In this document: in pieces, positions 1 through 11,295 of the stretch
Numbering within the stretch: position 1 is the first letter of the stretch
How the letters are laid out: every line of letters begins with the position of its first letter
Origin: Sphyrna mokarran
Lineage: Eukaryota
Length of the DNA stretch: 64,000 nt
NCBI GenBank assembly: GCA_024679065.1
Contig: JAGIQG010000020.1
Span: 45,322,001-45,386,000 of the forward strand
Direction of reading: 5' to 3'
Program-made: the position numbers and the translations under genes
Notes under the pieces: generated by a model
What the model saw: only the letters and a program-made list of their open reading frames with translations
Database searches by the model: none
What the model was told of the DNA's origin: nothing

Positions 1-98
1 GGGAATGGTTTAGTTTGGAGGGGCATTGCTTTTTATTTTGGTCGGCACAACATCGAAGGCCGAAGGGCCTGTTCTGTGCTGTATTGTTCTATGTTCTA
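1..98 (+). mobile_element. 3' end of young CR1-type LINE (same subfamily as 38462-39196 and 47345-48430)
   Basis: Near-identical 3'UTR ...caacatcgaaggccgaagggcctgttctg... with (TTCTATG)n tail. Confidence 0.85.
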
Positions 99-570
99 AG
101 TCAGGAGTGTAATGGAATACTCTCCCCTTGCCTGGATGAGTTCAAATCCAACACTCAAAAATCTTGATACCATTGAAGACAAAGCTGCCTTTTTGATTGA
201 TACCCTATCCACATACATTCAAGCCCTCACCATCAACACACAGTAGCAGCAGCGTCCACCAACTACAAGATGCACTGCAGAATATCAAGACTCCTTATAT
301 GTCACTGTTCAAATCTATGACAACTTCCATATAGGAGAACAGGAGCAGCAGATATATGGGAACACCATCACCTGCAAGTTCCCCTCCAAGTCACTTGCCA
401 CAGGGCTATTCGGTCAAAATTCTGGAACTTTAACAGCACTATGGATAAACATACATCACAGGGACTGCAGCAGTTCAAAAAGGCAGCTCATCACCACCAC
501 CTTGTCAAAGGCAATTAGGGATGGGAAATTAATGTTCACCTATCCAGCACAGCCCACATTCTATGAATGT
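99..570 (+). mobile_element. Old CR1/L2-group LINE 3' fragment
   Basis: aagtcaggagtgtaatggaatactctcc...gcagcagttcaaaaaggcagctca; homologous to 63110-63690, 48690-49600 and 35835-36715. Confidence 0.7.
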
Positions 571-1009
571 ACAAAAACTCATTGTCACCACATTATATTA
601 TTGCTCTTGTTGTGGGCTAACAAAGAATATGTATAGAGTTTGGTGTAAAGAAAACATTAACTTTTTTTGGAATATTGCTTTTTTGCTCTGAGATCTAGAA
701 GAGAGTGAGCAAGATCATGAGAGATTGCATCACTTCCTGTAACTAAACAAGCTGTCTCATTGGCATATTACACATGAACCACTTACACTATGCCTGTCAG
801 GAAGAGGCTATTCAGAAAAACAATAGGATAGGTAGTTGTGCACCACACACACCATTTTGGAAGAAGGGAGAGGGAGATATAAAAGTGACAAAGAGTATTC
901 ATGTGTTTCCAGACACAGGTTTAAACGAAGCATTTGGGGAATCAATTAACTTGATCAGCTGAGCATATTGATTACTGAGATGCAGCAGGAGCAAGTGTTG
1001 CTCAGTGGA

Positions 1010-1860
1010 ATAAAAAAATGCTGGAAATATTCAGCAGGGCAGATGGTATCTATGGGAAGAAATAGAGTTAACATTTCATGTTGAAATGATCATTCATCAG
1101 AACTGTGGAAAGATAAAAATGTAGCAGCCAGTGTGGAAATGGGCAAAGAAACAAAAGTTGTGTTCAAATGAAGTGTGATTGGCTATCATCTGAATACAAC
1201 ATGAAGGGATAAAGAGAAAAGGACGAGTGCAACCCAGCCAACCACGTAGAAAATTCAAAAGTAGAGATTCTGATTTCAAGTTTTGAACTCATTGTTGACT
1301 CCAATAGGATGCTCAGTGAAGAGAAAGACAGTGCAAATTGAAGGAACAGCACTTGAGGTTCACTGAAGCAATGCAGAGGCCACAAACAGAGAAGTCATCA
1401 TGGGAGCATTATGGAGAATTAAAATGACAAGCAACTGGAAGCACAGAGTCATGACTGCTGCCTGAATGGTGGTGTTCTACAAAACAGGCATCCAGTCTAT
1501 CTGGTCTCCCCAGTGTAGTGGTGACCACATCAAAAGAAGTGAATACAGTATACTAAACTGAAAGTACATGCAAATTGCTGTTTCACTTGGAAGGTGTGTT
1601 TGGGGTCTTTGACAATGAAAAGGGCAGAGCTGAAAGTACATGTATTTCATCTTTTGTAATGCATAAGAAAACGCTGTAAGGAAGTGAGGGGTGTTAGGGT
1701 GACTGAGGAGTGGACAAGAGTGGTAGAGGGAACAGACCCTTTGGAACACTGCAAGAGATGTTTGGTGGTGGCATCACATTGGAGAAAACAAAAACAACAG
1801 AGGATGATCCATTGAATAGAGAGGATGGTGAGGTGGAAGATGAGAACTGTATCATGGTTG
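1010..1860 (-). mobile_element. Degenerate Penelope-like element (GIY-YIG region plus terminal repeat)
   Basis: Collinear similarity to the 7958-9116 element, including the aaaatgctggaaatattcagcagg terminus. Confidence 0.65.
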
Positions 1861-4414
1861 ATCAGAAATAATGCTGTGAGGAATGATGTGTGAGACTAAC
1901 GTGTGTTGTGAAATACGTTTGGAGATGGGATACAGTATTTATTTCACTGGGATGATGGGACTGTTGATCAGTGGTAAGGAACAAGTATTTGTAGCTCACG
2001 GCTAAACAATTATCTCCAAGCAGTTCTCAAGAGCTAACTGTTCACAACTTCCATGTACCTTGAAGTATTTGGCTCAAAATAAAGTAGACTCACTAATGTC
2101 CTAAACCATCCCTTCGAATACTTCCATGGTTAAAAATTTAAATTCAGTACAATACACTGCCTTGCAGCAGCTTGTCACACAGCATGCCACAAAGTTCCCA
2201 TACTACTTTCTCTGGGAAATAGGTCAATATGTCTCGCTGTTTCTACAGAGGTTCATATGGATGATTTTGCAGTCCATAAAGTCTTCTCAAAAAGAAGGAT
2301 CCACTAAGCTGTAAATACACTATATAGCAGAGAATGCAAGAGGAATGCACACAGCTTCCCCCTCTAATTCACCATGACTTGCAACCTTCAGCAGCAAGGA
2401 CAAGTGCTCCAAAATAAACTCCAAGGCAGAACCAACAGAAGCAAAACTCATTTCCAAGTAGTGTCCTGTCTCTTTATAGGAGCTAATATCCAAACACTAA
2501 GGCTGGAACTTTCCAGCTGCTCATGCCGATAGGATCTATTGATGAGATGCTGTTAGTAGGAAATCCTATTGACAGTGGCAGGACCAAACGCCCACCACCT
2601 CTGCCAGCAAAATATACTGCAGGAAGGCCAAGAAAACCCCCCATCTCCTGCAGTATTGCAATCAGCAGCACCAGGATTTTTTAAAATTTATGCAAGGGGT
2701 GTGGGTGCCACTGGTTAGATCAGCATTTTTGTTGTCCGTCCATAATTGCCCTCAAAAAGATGATGGTGAACTATCTTCTTGAGCCATACAGTTCATGTGG
2801 TGTCGGTAGGAAGTGCCAGGATTTTGACCCAGCAACAGTGAAGGAACAGTGATATGTTTCAAAGTCAGATTAAAGAATGGAAGAAAGGAACATGGATAAG
2901 AATCAGAAGAACGTTTAGGACAACAGTCAGGAAAAATTAGAAAGACTGATCAACACTTGAAATGATACTATTGGGTAAGGTTGGACCTTTGAGAGAAATT
3001 GTTCAAAGGCCAGAGAGATAATGTATGTCTTCTGTCCTAGATGGATAACGGTCAACTCATCTCCCTCATCCCAGCCAGGGAGACAGCAGCAATAATACAA
3101 GTAAACTGCAGATTATAGGTTGACAAGACACAAAGGTTCCTAATGACTGTTAATGCTCCTACTGCAAGTACATGTGTGTAGCTAGAGTTTTGTGAATCTA
3201 CTGTTGGAAAGCATTCATTTGTGAATGATGGTCACTTGAGCAACATATCAAATCGCAACTGACATACAAATAAACTTCAACCCTATTTGTGAAAGGGGCA
3301 ATACTTTCAGCAAAGCAGAGGAAAGAAAATTCTAAAACAAAATAAAGAATTTGGTTTAATGAAAGGAAAACTAGGCCACAGTTTCTTAGATAGCCTCTCT
3401 TCTTTATTCATTCATTGGCTGTGAAGCAGTTCGGGATATCCTGAGTTTGGGAAAGGCACTGTATAAATCTACTAAATTTATTTTTTTTTATACAAATTTC
3501 AGTAACAATGCTGCTTGTATTTTATCATTCACAGAATGTAGCTATCACTGAATTTCCCATCCCAGATACACCTCATAATAGCCCATCTCCTCAGGTTTTT
3601 ACATAATTTATTTTTCTAATAATTTCTTTCCATGATTTGATGTAAAAATCACCTCAAACAAACAATCCCATTTTTCTTTTAACCAACATTCTACTCATCT
3701 AATAATAGGCATATATAATACAGAGATAGTTTTACGTGGATAAAAACTATAGAGTTTTGTCAGTTACCGGTCAAAGTTAGCGAAAATCCTCGTCATTTTC
3801 AATAAGGCTGGGTCATTTTTAAAAAAAGAACCTCTGGGACAGAGCTAAGTAGCAGCAATGAATTAAAATATAAACAATTGATTGAAAAAATATACATGAC
3901 AGGCTGCCACAATCTTTAATTGGCACCACATTTGATATCTGTAGAATGTCCTTGTAGGTTTTTTTCAAAATGACAATACCACATTAGTTAAATCTCACAT
4001 TTTAACAGGCATTTTCATTTCTTGTACATTTTCAGTACACCCTCAATCCCTATCAAACCAGATATCAACTTGCATGGATGAACAGATGTAATGATTAGGT
4101 ATTTAGAATATGGAAAGCATTAGGTCTATTTCTGGATTAGAGATTCAGCCTTTATAACAGATACAAGTTGGCTGATTATACATTGAGAAATTTTGATGTA
4201 TTTAATCCAATCATTTCATCACAAAAACAGATGCTTTTGTGTGTTTAAAACTACAGATTGCACAATGCAAATGAAGCATAATGTCAAAAAGCCAGATTGT
4301 GACCTTGGTACACATTTATTAATTAACATTTTTCATATAAACTACCAATACTGCTTATGTATTTCTAATTCATTCACACGAATTGGGCATCACCGAATTG
4401 CCCATTCCTGGTAA

Positions 4415-4810
4415 AAGAAAAATACTGCAAATGGTAGAAAATATCAGCAGCTCCAGCAGTATCAGTGAAGACCGAAACTGAGTTAGAGTTTTGAGATCAT
4501 ATGACTCTTTTTCGGAGTTGGAGAGGTAGAAACGTGATTGGTTTTATCCTGTTGAAAAATGGAGTGCAGCAGGTGGAGCAGAACGTCAGGAATAAGTTGG
4601 GGGTCTTGCTTCTCAGTTATTTGATCTTGTAGGACCCCAATCTATTCCGGACTTATTGTGTTCCATCATTTATGCTGACAGCATAAAGCCCATCTCATTT
4701 CTTCCTCTCTTCAGCTCTGAAAGGAAGACATTTTGCACTCAACTTTAACTCTTGCTTTTCTCTCCACGTGCTGCCAGACACAAGTTTTTCCAGGATTTTC
4801 TGTTTATGTC
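4415..4810. repeat. Imperfect fold-back element made of two inverted Penelope-type termini
   Basis: Arms complementary around about 4620 (ttgggggtcttgc / gtaggaccccaa); ends match the Penelope terminal sequence. Confidence 0.65.
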
Positions 4811-5569
4811 TGTCTGTCCCTGGTCCCTAGTTCATAACAGTATTGGTAACTTTCAGAATACTCCATACATTCAATACAAAGACATTTCTACAGAAACCAA
4901 AAACATTCTAGTAACTGAATAGTGGGATATAATCTAGATATGTAACCTTGTAGGCCACCAAAAACATCAAATGAGTGAACAATAAACCTGGCTTCTAGTC
5001 ATGCGAAGAAATACAATGGATATTGGAAATTTGAAATAAAAACAGAAAATGCTGGAAATATTCAACACATATGGCAGCACCTATGGAGAGATTTTCAAGT
5101 GAAGAAGATTTCAAAGTCAATCCTTTCTGTTTATGATGAACCTCACATATGCTTCATTTAATCGGATGATTACTCCCATTGTATTACAACCTGTCACGGT
5201 CTTAACAACTGACAGCAAAAGCACTCAATCCTGTTTTCAGATTTGGAACTGGGGCCATTAACGAAACAGTGTTTGCTTGCCTAACTTCTCAATCAGTCAG
5301 CAAACAGAGCCACTATTCTTGTACATTTTTCAGTCAGTGCCGTATCGTTTGGGAGCTCCCCCAACCCTAGACACCCAAAAAAAACACACCAGCTTGTTGA
5401 ATCAAACAATAGATAAACCTTATGTCTTTATATAGTTTGCCTACGCCTATATGAGGGTGGGGTGAGGATGTGAAGCGCTGAATGGATCAAAGGAAGAGCA
5501 GAGATTTGGTTTTGTGGCCCCACTGAAGACAATACTAAAGCTTTCCCAAATGGACATAAACAATGTGGG

Positions 5570-6075
5570 GGCAGGCTGGGCATGGGAAGGGCGCATGCGT
5601 GCCGCTGCCGCCGGCCTGGCCTGGAGGCGACAAGCCGGAGCTGCCGCTCGCCCGATCCCCGTTCGCAGGCCTGGGATACAAACCGCTTGCAACCCCTCCC
5701 TCCTTCCTTCAACATTACTAGGAATTTACATCTATACATATATCTATCATAATCGCCGACCTTGCCAGCATTCCACCTTCCGAGGCACCGCTTCCCCGCG
5801 ACACGTCCCTCAGCAACCGCGACCCGTTCAAACTGCCCCAACAGCGAGGACCCCCTCCCCAGGCGGCCAGCGCGCTGCCTGCGCAGACTGTGTGTAAAAA
5901 AAAATCAACAGCACATCCGGGAAATTGAGAGAAAGCATCCGCTGGCCCAACCCCGCCCCTTCTCCCTGCCGCCACTCCTCCCCGCCACAGAGGGAGCTGT
6001 GGGGCACTCCAGCAGCGCTCGACTGTGTCCCCTGACGTGAAGTGGAGAATTACACCAGTCATTAAGTGACCAATT
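5570..6075 (-). promoter_or_regulatory. CpG island / housekeeping-type promoter of the neighbouring gene, probably firing leftwards
   Basis: Sharp CpG/GC enrichment; NRF1-like GCGCATGCGT 5591-5600 and GCCTGCGCA about 5877-5885; GC box CCCCGCCCC 5951-5959; TGACGT 6033-6038; CCAAT 6070-6074; candidate minus-strand donor AG|GTCGGC at 5761/5760. Confidence 0.75.
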
Positions 6076-6099
6076 CACTGTGGAATAGAAGGATACTTT

Positions 6100-7250
6100 C
6101 TTTCGTCTTTCACTATCGATAATAAACTTAAGAACAGCTTCCCTGCTGCTGTCAGACTTTTGACTAGACCTACCTTGCATTAAGCTGATCTTTCTCTGCA
6201 CCTTAGCTATGACTGTAATATTATCAGTCTCTCCTTTCCTTCTCTATGTACAGTATGCTTTGTATAATGTGTAAAAACAGTGGCATAGCTAGGAGGGGGA
6301 TTGACCACTCCCCGAGCACATTCTTCAAAAGTGACATCTTTTCAACAGGGCATACCTCAGAGGCCCCTCAGATATCAGGAAGTCCTCAATCCGTGCACTG
6401 CAGTCATGGGATGCGATACGGATGTAGGAACTTCAGACAGCAAGGAAGGCATGTAATCTTCCAAGAGAGCATGCAATCACGAGAATGCTCTTTTGCATGC
6501 CAAACAAGTAAACAATCTCAAATTAACTTGGGGACAAATTAAAAGGGGCAGCCCCCCCCAAAAAGGAAGGGGGGAACAACCCGAACAAAACCAAAGTCTA
6601 AAGAAAACTTAAAACATTAAATCAAAATGTGATTGTCAGGGCACTCACAAGGATAATTGCAGAGGCCATGAAGGACATAAATATGCAGCCACCGCAATGA
6701 CAGGCAATTGAGACCAAGCTTCCCTCGCCAACACACATCACCAGCTGAGATTGGGTGAGTAAATAGATTTGATTATGCTAACCTGTCCACATTTTTCTGA
6801 CCTTACCAATAAGTAGTACAGTTGCGGAACGATTCTTTAGCTGGCTCAAACACGAAGTCCAACCTTTGTTCTACAACGGGCAAGAATAGATTGTCTGGAT
6901 TAGCTTTGGTCTCCATTGAAAGACAGTTGGCTACTGAGGTAGATTATTATAGAGTAATAGATAACTTTGCTAGAATGAAACCTAAACAAAAGAGGCTGTT
7001 GTAGTTGCTTCACATCTTTTTCATATTGCTTCATTTTGTTTTCATTTTACATTTAAAACAAAATAATTAAATAACATTTTACTTTTGTATTTAAAATCAA
7101 AACAATAAAAACAATGCATAATGAATTTATTATTTGGTATGCATTGAGGCGCCTTTTTTATGTGCCCGCTTCCCTTAATTTTAGAACCTGCCTATGGCCC
7201 CTCTGCAAAAAACAATACTTTGCATACTAATACATGACAATAAATCAAAA
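6100..7250 (+). mobile_element. Rex1/Babar-like LINE 3' end, split by a hAT insertion (pieces about 6100-6277 and 7204-7250)
   Basis: Both pieces align end to end with the uninterrupted copy at 37315-37675. Confidence 0.7.
6278..7203 (+). mobile_element. Non-autonomous hAT DNA transposon with transposase C-terminal dimerisation-domain remnant
   Basis: 8-bp TSD tgtaaaaa/tgcaaaaa; imperfect TIRs; FLTLPISSTVAERFFSWLK then, after a frameshift, STTGKNRLSGLALVSIERQL...VIDNFA at about 6795-7004. Confidence 0.8.
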
Positions 7251-7458
7251 TTAGTGTTTTCTTGATTTATATTAATAATTTAGGGCCCAATCTCAAAGTT
7301 CACAGATGACAAAATTTTGAAGCATTGTGAACTGAGGACGTCAATGTAGAACTTCAAAAGAACAGGTGACAGATGAAGTTCAATACAAAAAAGTATGAGG
7401 AAAAACATAAAATGGGAGCAGGATTAGGCCATTCAGTGCATTGAAGCCTTTTCCACCA

Positions 7459-7748
7459 AAGTTTAAAGTTGATTTATTAGTCACAAGTAGGCTTACATTC
7501 ACACTGTGATGAAGGTACTGTGAAAATCTCCTAGTTTGACATCTGTTTGGGTACACTAAGGGAGAATTTATCATGGCCAATCCACTTTACCAGCACATCT
7601 TTGGACTGTGGAAAGAAACCGGAATATCCAAAAAAAAAACCCACACAGATATGGGGACAATGTTTAGATTCCATACGGACAGTGACCCAAGCCTGGAATT
7701 GAACCTGGGTCCGTGGCACTAAGGCAACAGTAGTAACCATTGTGCCAC
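7459..7748 (-). mobile_element. HE1-like tRNA-derived SINE with alternative tail
   Basis: HE1 head and body plus ...gtaagcctacttgtgactaataaa tail; flanked by ccacca. Confidence 0.8.
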
Positions 7749-7957
7749 CATCATTCGTTATAACCATGACTGATCCCACCTTCCCACATAGCCTTTTGAT
7801 GCCCTTTGCCCCAAGAGCTACCCCTAACTCCTTGAAGGCATGCAATGTTTTGGCCTCAACTGTTTTCTATAGGAGCAAATTTCAAAGATTTACCACTCTT
7901 GGGGTGAAGAAATTTCTCCTCACCTCAGTGCTAAAAGGTTTACCCTTTAGATTGTAA

Positions 7958-10222
7958 TAGAAGCAAAATACTGTGGCTGCTGGAATCTGAAACAAAAGCA
8001 GAAAATACTGGAAAATCTCCACAGGTCTGACAGCATCTGTGGAGAGAAGAGAGTCAATATTTGGAGTCTGGGACTCCTTCGTCAAAGCTAAGAGCAAAGA
8101 AAATCAGAAAAGTTTTGTACTGTGAGGGTGGGAGGGGCTATAATAGGACAAAGGGGCTGTAATAAATGAGGAAGAAAACTGGGAGGTGCTAGAAGTGTCC
8201 ATAAAGTGTTCAAATTGGATGAATGGCAGGACAGTGGCACAGACAGTTAAGACAGTTGCCCTGAAAATGAGGGTGAGGTAGGGGGAGCATAAGGAGGAGA
8301 GCAGGAATGGAAAAATGGAAGGGGGAAAGGAGGATGATAAAAATGGATGAATGAGATGAGAAAAAACAGAATGAAATAGAATAAATGGAAATGGGGTGAA
8401 GGTGGGAGGGAGAGTTCACGTTCTGAAATTGTTGAACTCAATGTTCAGTCCAGAAGGTGCCCAATCGGAAGATCAGGTGTTGCTCCTCCAGTTCGCATTG
8501 GGGTTCACTAGAACATTGAAAAAGGCCAAGGACAGATATGTGGACAGGAGAGCGGGGTGCTGAAGTGGCAAGCAACAGGAAGATCTGGATCCTTTTTGCA
8601 GATGGACCGAAAGTATTCAAAGCAGTCACCCAATCTGTGTTTGGTCTCTCCAATGTAGAGTAGATCACAGGGAAGCAGTGAATGCAATAGACCAGACTGA
8701 AGAAAGTACATACGAAGTATTGCTTCACCTGAAAGAAGTGTTTAGGTAAGATGGTAAATAGGTAGGCACCAAAGGGGCAGATATTGCACCATGAATGCAT
8801 GGGAAGAAGCTGGGGGGGGTTGTATTGGGTGTGATGGAGGAGTGAACCAGAGTGTCCTGGAGAGAATGGTCCTTGCAAAATGCTGACAGGGGGAGAGAGG
8901 ACAAGATGTGTTAAGTAGTGGAATCATGCTGAAGTTGGCAGAAATAGTGGAGGATGATTCTTTGGTTGCGAAGGTTGGAGGAGTGAAAAGTCAGTTAAGA
9001 GGGACCCTATCTTGATTCTGGGTGTGTGTGTGTGGAGGGGGTGAGAGCACTGGCTGGTCAATACCCTGACAACCACAGTGGGTGGAAAACCACAATTGAG
9101 GAAGGAGGAAGACATATCTGGTCACCCAATTATAGAAAGGATAATATTAAACTAGTGCAGAAAAAGATTACTAGGATGCTACCAGAACTTGATAGTTTGG
9201 GTTATAAGGAGGGGCTGGATAGACTGAGACTTTTTTCTCCAGAGCATAGGAGGCTGAGGGGTGATCTTATAGAGGTCTATAAAATAATGAAGGGCACAGA
9301 TCAGTTAGATAGTCAATATCTTTTCCCAAAGGGAGGAAGTCTAAAACAAGAAGGCATAGGTTCAAGGTGAGAAGGGAGAGATACAGAAGGTTCAGAGAGG
9401 CAGTTTTTTCCAGAGGATGATGAGTGTCTGGAACAAGTTGCCAGAGATAGTAGAAGAGATGGGTGCAATTTTGTCTTTTAAAAAGCATTTAGACAGTTAC
9501 ATGGGTAAGATGGGTATAGAGGAATATGTGTCAAATGCAGGCAATTGGAAGTAGCTTAGGGGTTTAAAATAAAGGGCAGCATGGACAAGTTGGGCTTACA
9601 CTTATAGAGACAAAAACTCTATTTGAGGAAAAAGCAAAGAGCCTTGAGGCCATCCTCTAGGGAATGGAAGTGTTAGACATCCATGGTGAGATGGTAGTGG
9701 TTTGGGCCAAGGAACCAGAAGTTGTTGATAAGGTATAGTATACCGGATGAATCACAGATATAGGTAGGAAGGGATTGGACAAGAGGAGAGAGAATGGAGT
9801 TGAGAGAAGGAAGTGAGCACAGTGGGGTTTTACTTCATTCTGTTTCTTCTTTCTATCTCATTCACCCATTTTTATCATCCTTCTTTCTCACTTCCATTTT
9901 TCCACTTCTCCATTCCCATTCTTGTCCTTAAGTGACCCCCCGCTCACCCCTCTGTTTTAGGGCAACTGCCTTAACCACCTGTAATGCTGTTCTGCCGTCT
10001 GATCACTTAATGGTCACTTTTAGCACCTCTCTCAACCTTCTTCATTTACAGTTCCTTTGTCTTATTACAGTTCCCACCGCTCCATGGTGAAAAATCTTTT
10101 CTGATTTTCTTTATTCTTAGTTCTGACAATTAATTATTTAGACTCGAAATGTTGGCTCTATTCTCTCTCCACAGATGCTATCAAACCTGCTGAGATTTCC
10201 TGGCATTTTCTGTTTTTGTCTC
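7958..10222 (-). mobile_element. Penelope-like element with inverted terminal repeat
   Basis: GIY-YIG endonuclease LLYIGETKHRLGD...DPDLPVACHF...LEEQHLIFRLG (8438-8711); RT remnant TMDV near 9680; about 400-bp inverted copy of 7980-8380 at 9829-10220; TSD TTAGA(T/G)TGTAA. Confidence 0.85.
9117..9600 (+). mobile_element. 5'-truncated CR1 LINE inserted in the Penelope element
   Basis: WSPNYRKDNIKL...RRLRGDLIEVYKIMKG; same subfamily as 40180-41072. Confidence 0.85.
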
Positions 10223-11226
10223 TTAGAGTGTAAGCTCGGTTCTGGCCACCCTCACTATTGGGATCATCCTTCCTGCATCTAGCCTGTCGAGTCCTGTTAG
10301 AATTTTATAGGCTTGAATGAGATCCCCCCCTCATTCTTCTACACACTAGTGAATATAATCCTAACTGATTCAATTCCTCATCTCTTAACTTTCTGTAGCA
10401 AGAACATCCTTCTTCATGTAAGACTGAAACTGCACACCATATTCCAAGTGTGGCATCACCAAGGCCCTGTATAATTGCAACAAGACTTCTCTGCTTCTGT
10501 ATTCAAATCCTCACAATAAAGCAACATTGCGTTTGCCTTCTTTACCACCTGATGCATCTCTATGCTTAGCTTCAGTGATAGATATAGGAGAATACCCAGC
10601 TCTCACTGCACAACTCCCTCAGTTTATAGCTGTTCAGATAATATCTCCCTTTTACTACCAAAGTGGATTTCACTTACATTCACATTATACTGCATGTGCC
10701 ATGCATTTGTCCACTCAGCTTGTCCAAATCACACTGATGCAGTTCACCCCTCCCACCCAGATTTGTGTCATTTATAAATACTATATTTAGTTCCCTTGTC
10801 TAAATCATTAATATACATTGTGAATATCTGGGGTTCAAGCACTGATATCTGTGGTATTCCACTAGTTATTGCTTACCATTCGGAAAATAATCTATTTATT
10901 TCTGCTTTGTGTTTCCTGTCTGCCAACCAGTTTTCCATCCAAATCAGTACACTACCCCAATCCATGTAGTTTATATTACATGTTAATCTCTTATGTGGGA
11001 CTTTGTCAAAAGCCTTCTGAAAGTCCAAATAAACCACACCACTGGCTTCCCCTCATCAACACTGCTAGTTATATCCTCAAAAAAATTCCAGTAGATTTGT
11101 CAAGCATGATTTTCCTTTCATAAATCCATGCTGTTTCTGTTCAATACTATCACTATTCACCAAGTGCTCTGCTATAAATATTAAATAATGGTAGAACTCT
11201 AAAGGAGGTGCAACAACAGAGGAGCT

Positions 11227-11229
<3 letters not shown>

Positions 11230-11273
<44 letters not shown>
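11230..11273. repeat. (GT)22 microsatellite
   Basis: Perfect dinucleotide run. Confidence 0.98.
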
Positions 11274-11278
<5 letters not shown>

Positions 11279-11295
11279 AAATATAGATATTAATA

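Larger units (their letters stand above)
7402..11170 (-). mobile_element. CR1 LINE split by a SINE and a Penelope element (pieces 7402-7458, 7749-7957, 10223-11170)
   Basis: KPFSTEVRRNFFTPRVVNL; degenerate DFQKAFDKVPH motif near 11000-11030; CR1 3'UTR at 7402. Confidence 0.8.

Noticed and set aside
1-5400. ANKLE2 coding exons (LEM domain)
   Set aside because: No LEM-like translation found, so no gene symbol was assigned to the promoter
5428-6201. Cluster of overlapping 80-137 aa ORFs
   Set aside because: Expected in a stop-poor GC-rich island; no recognisable protein
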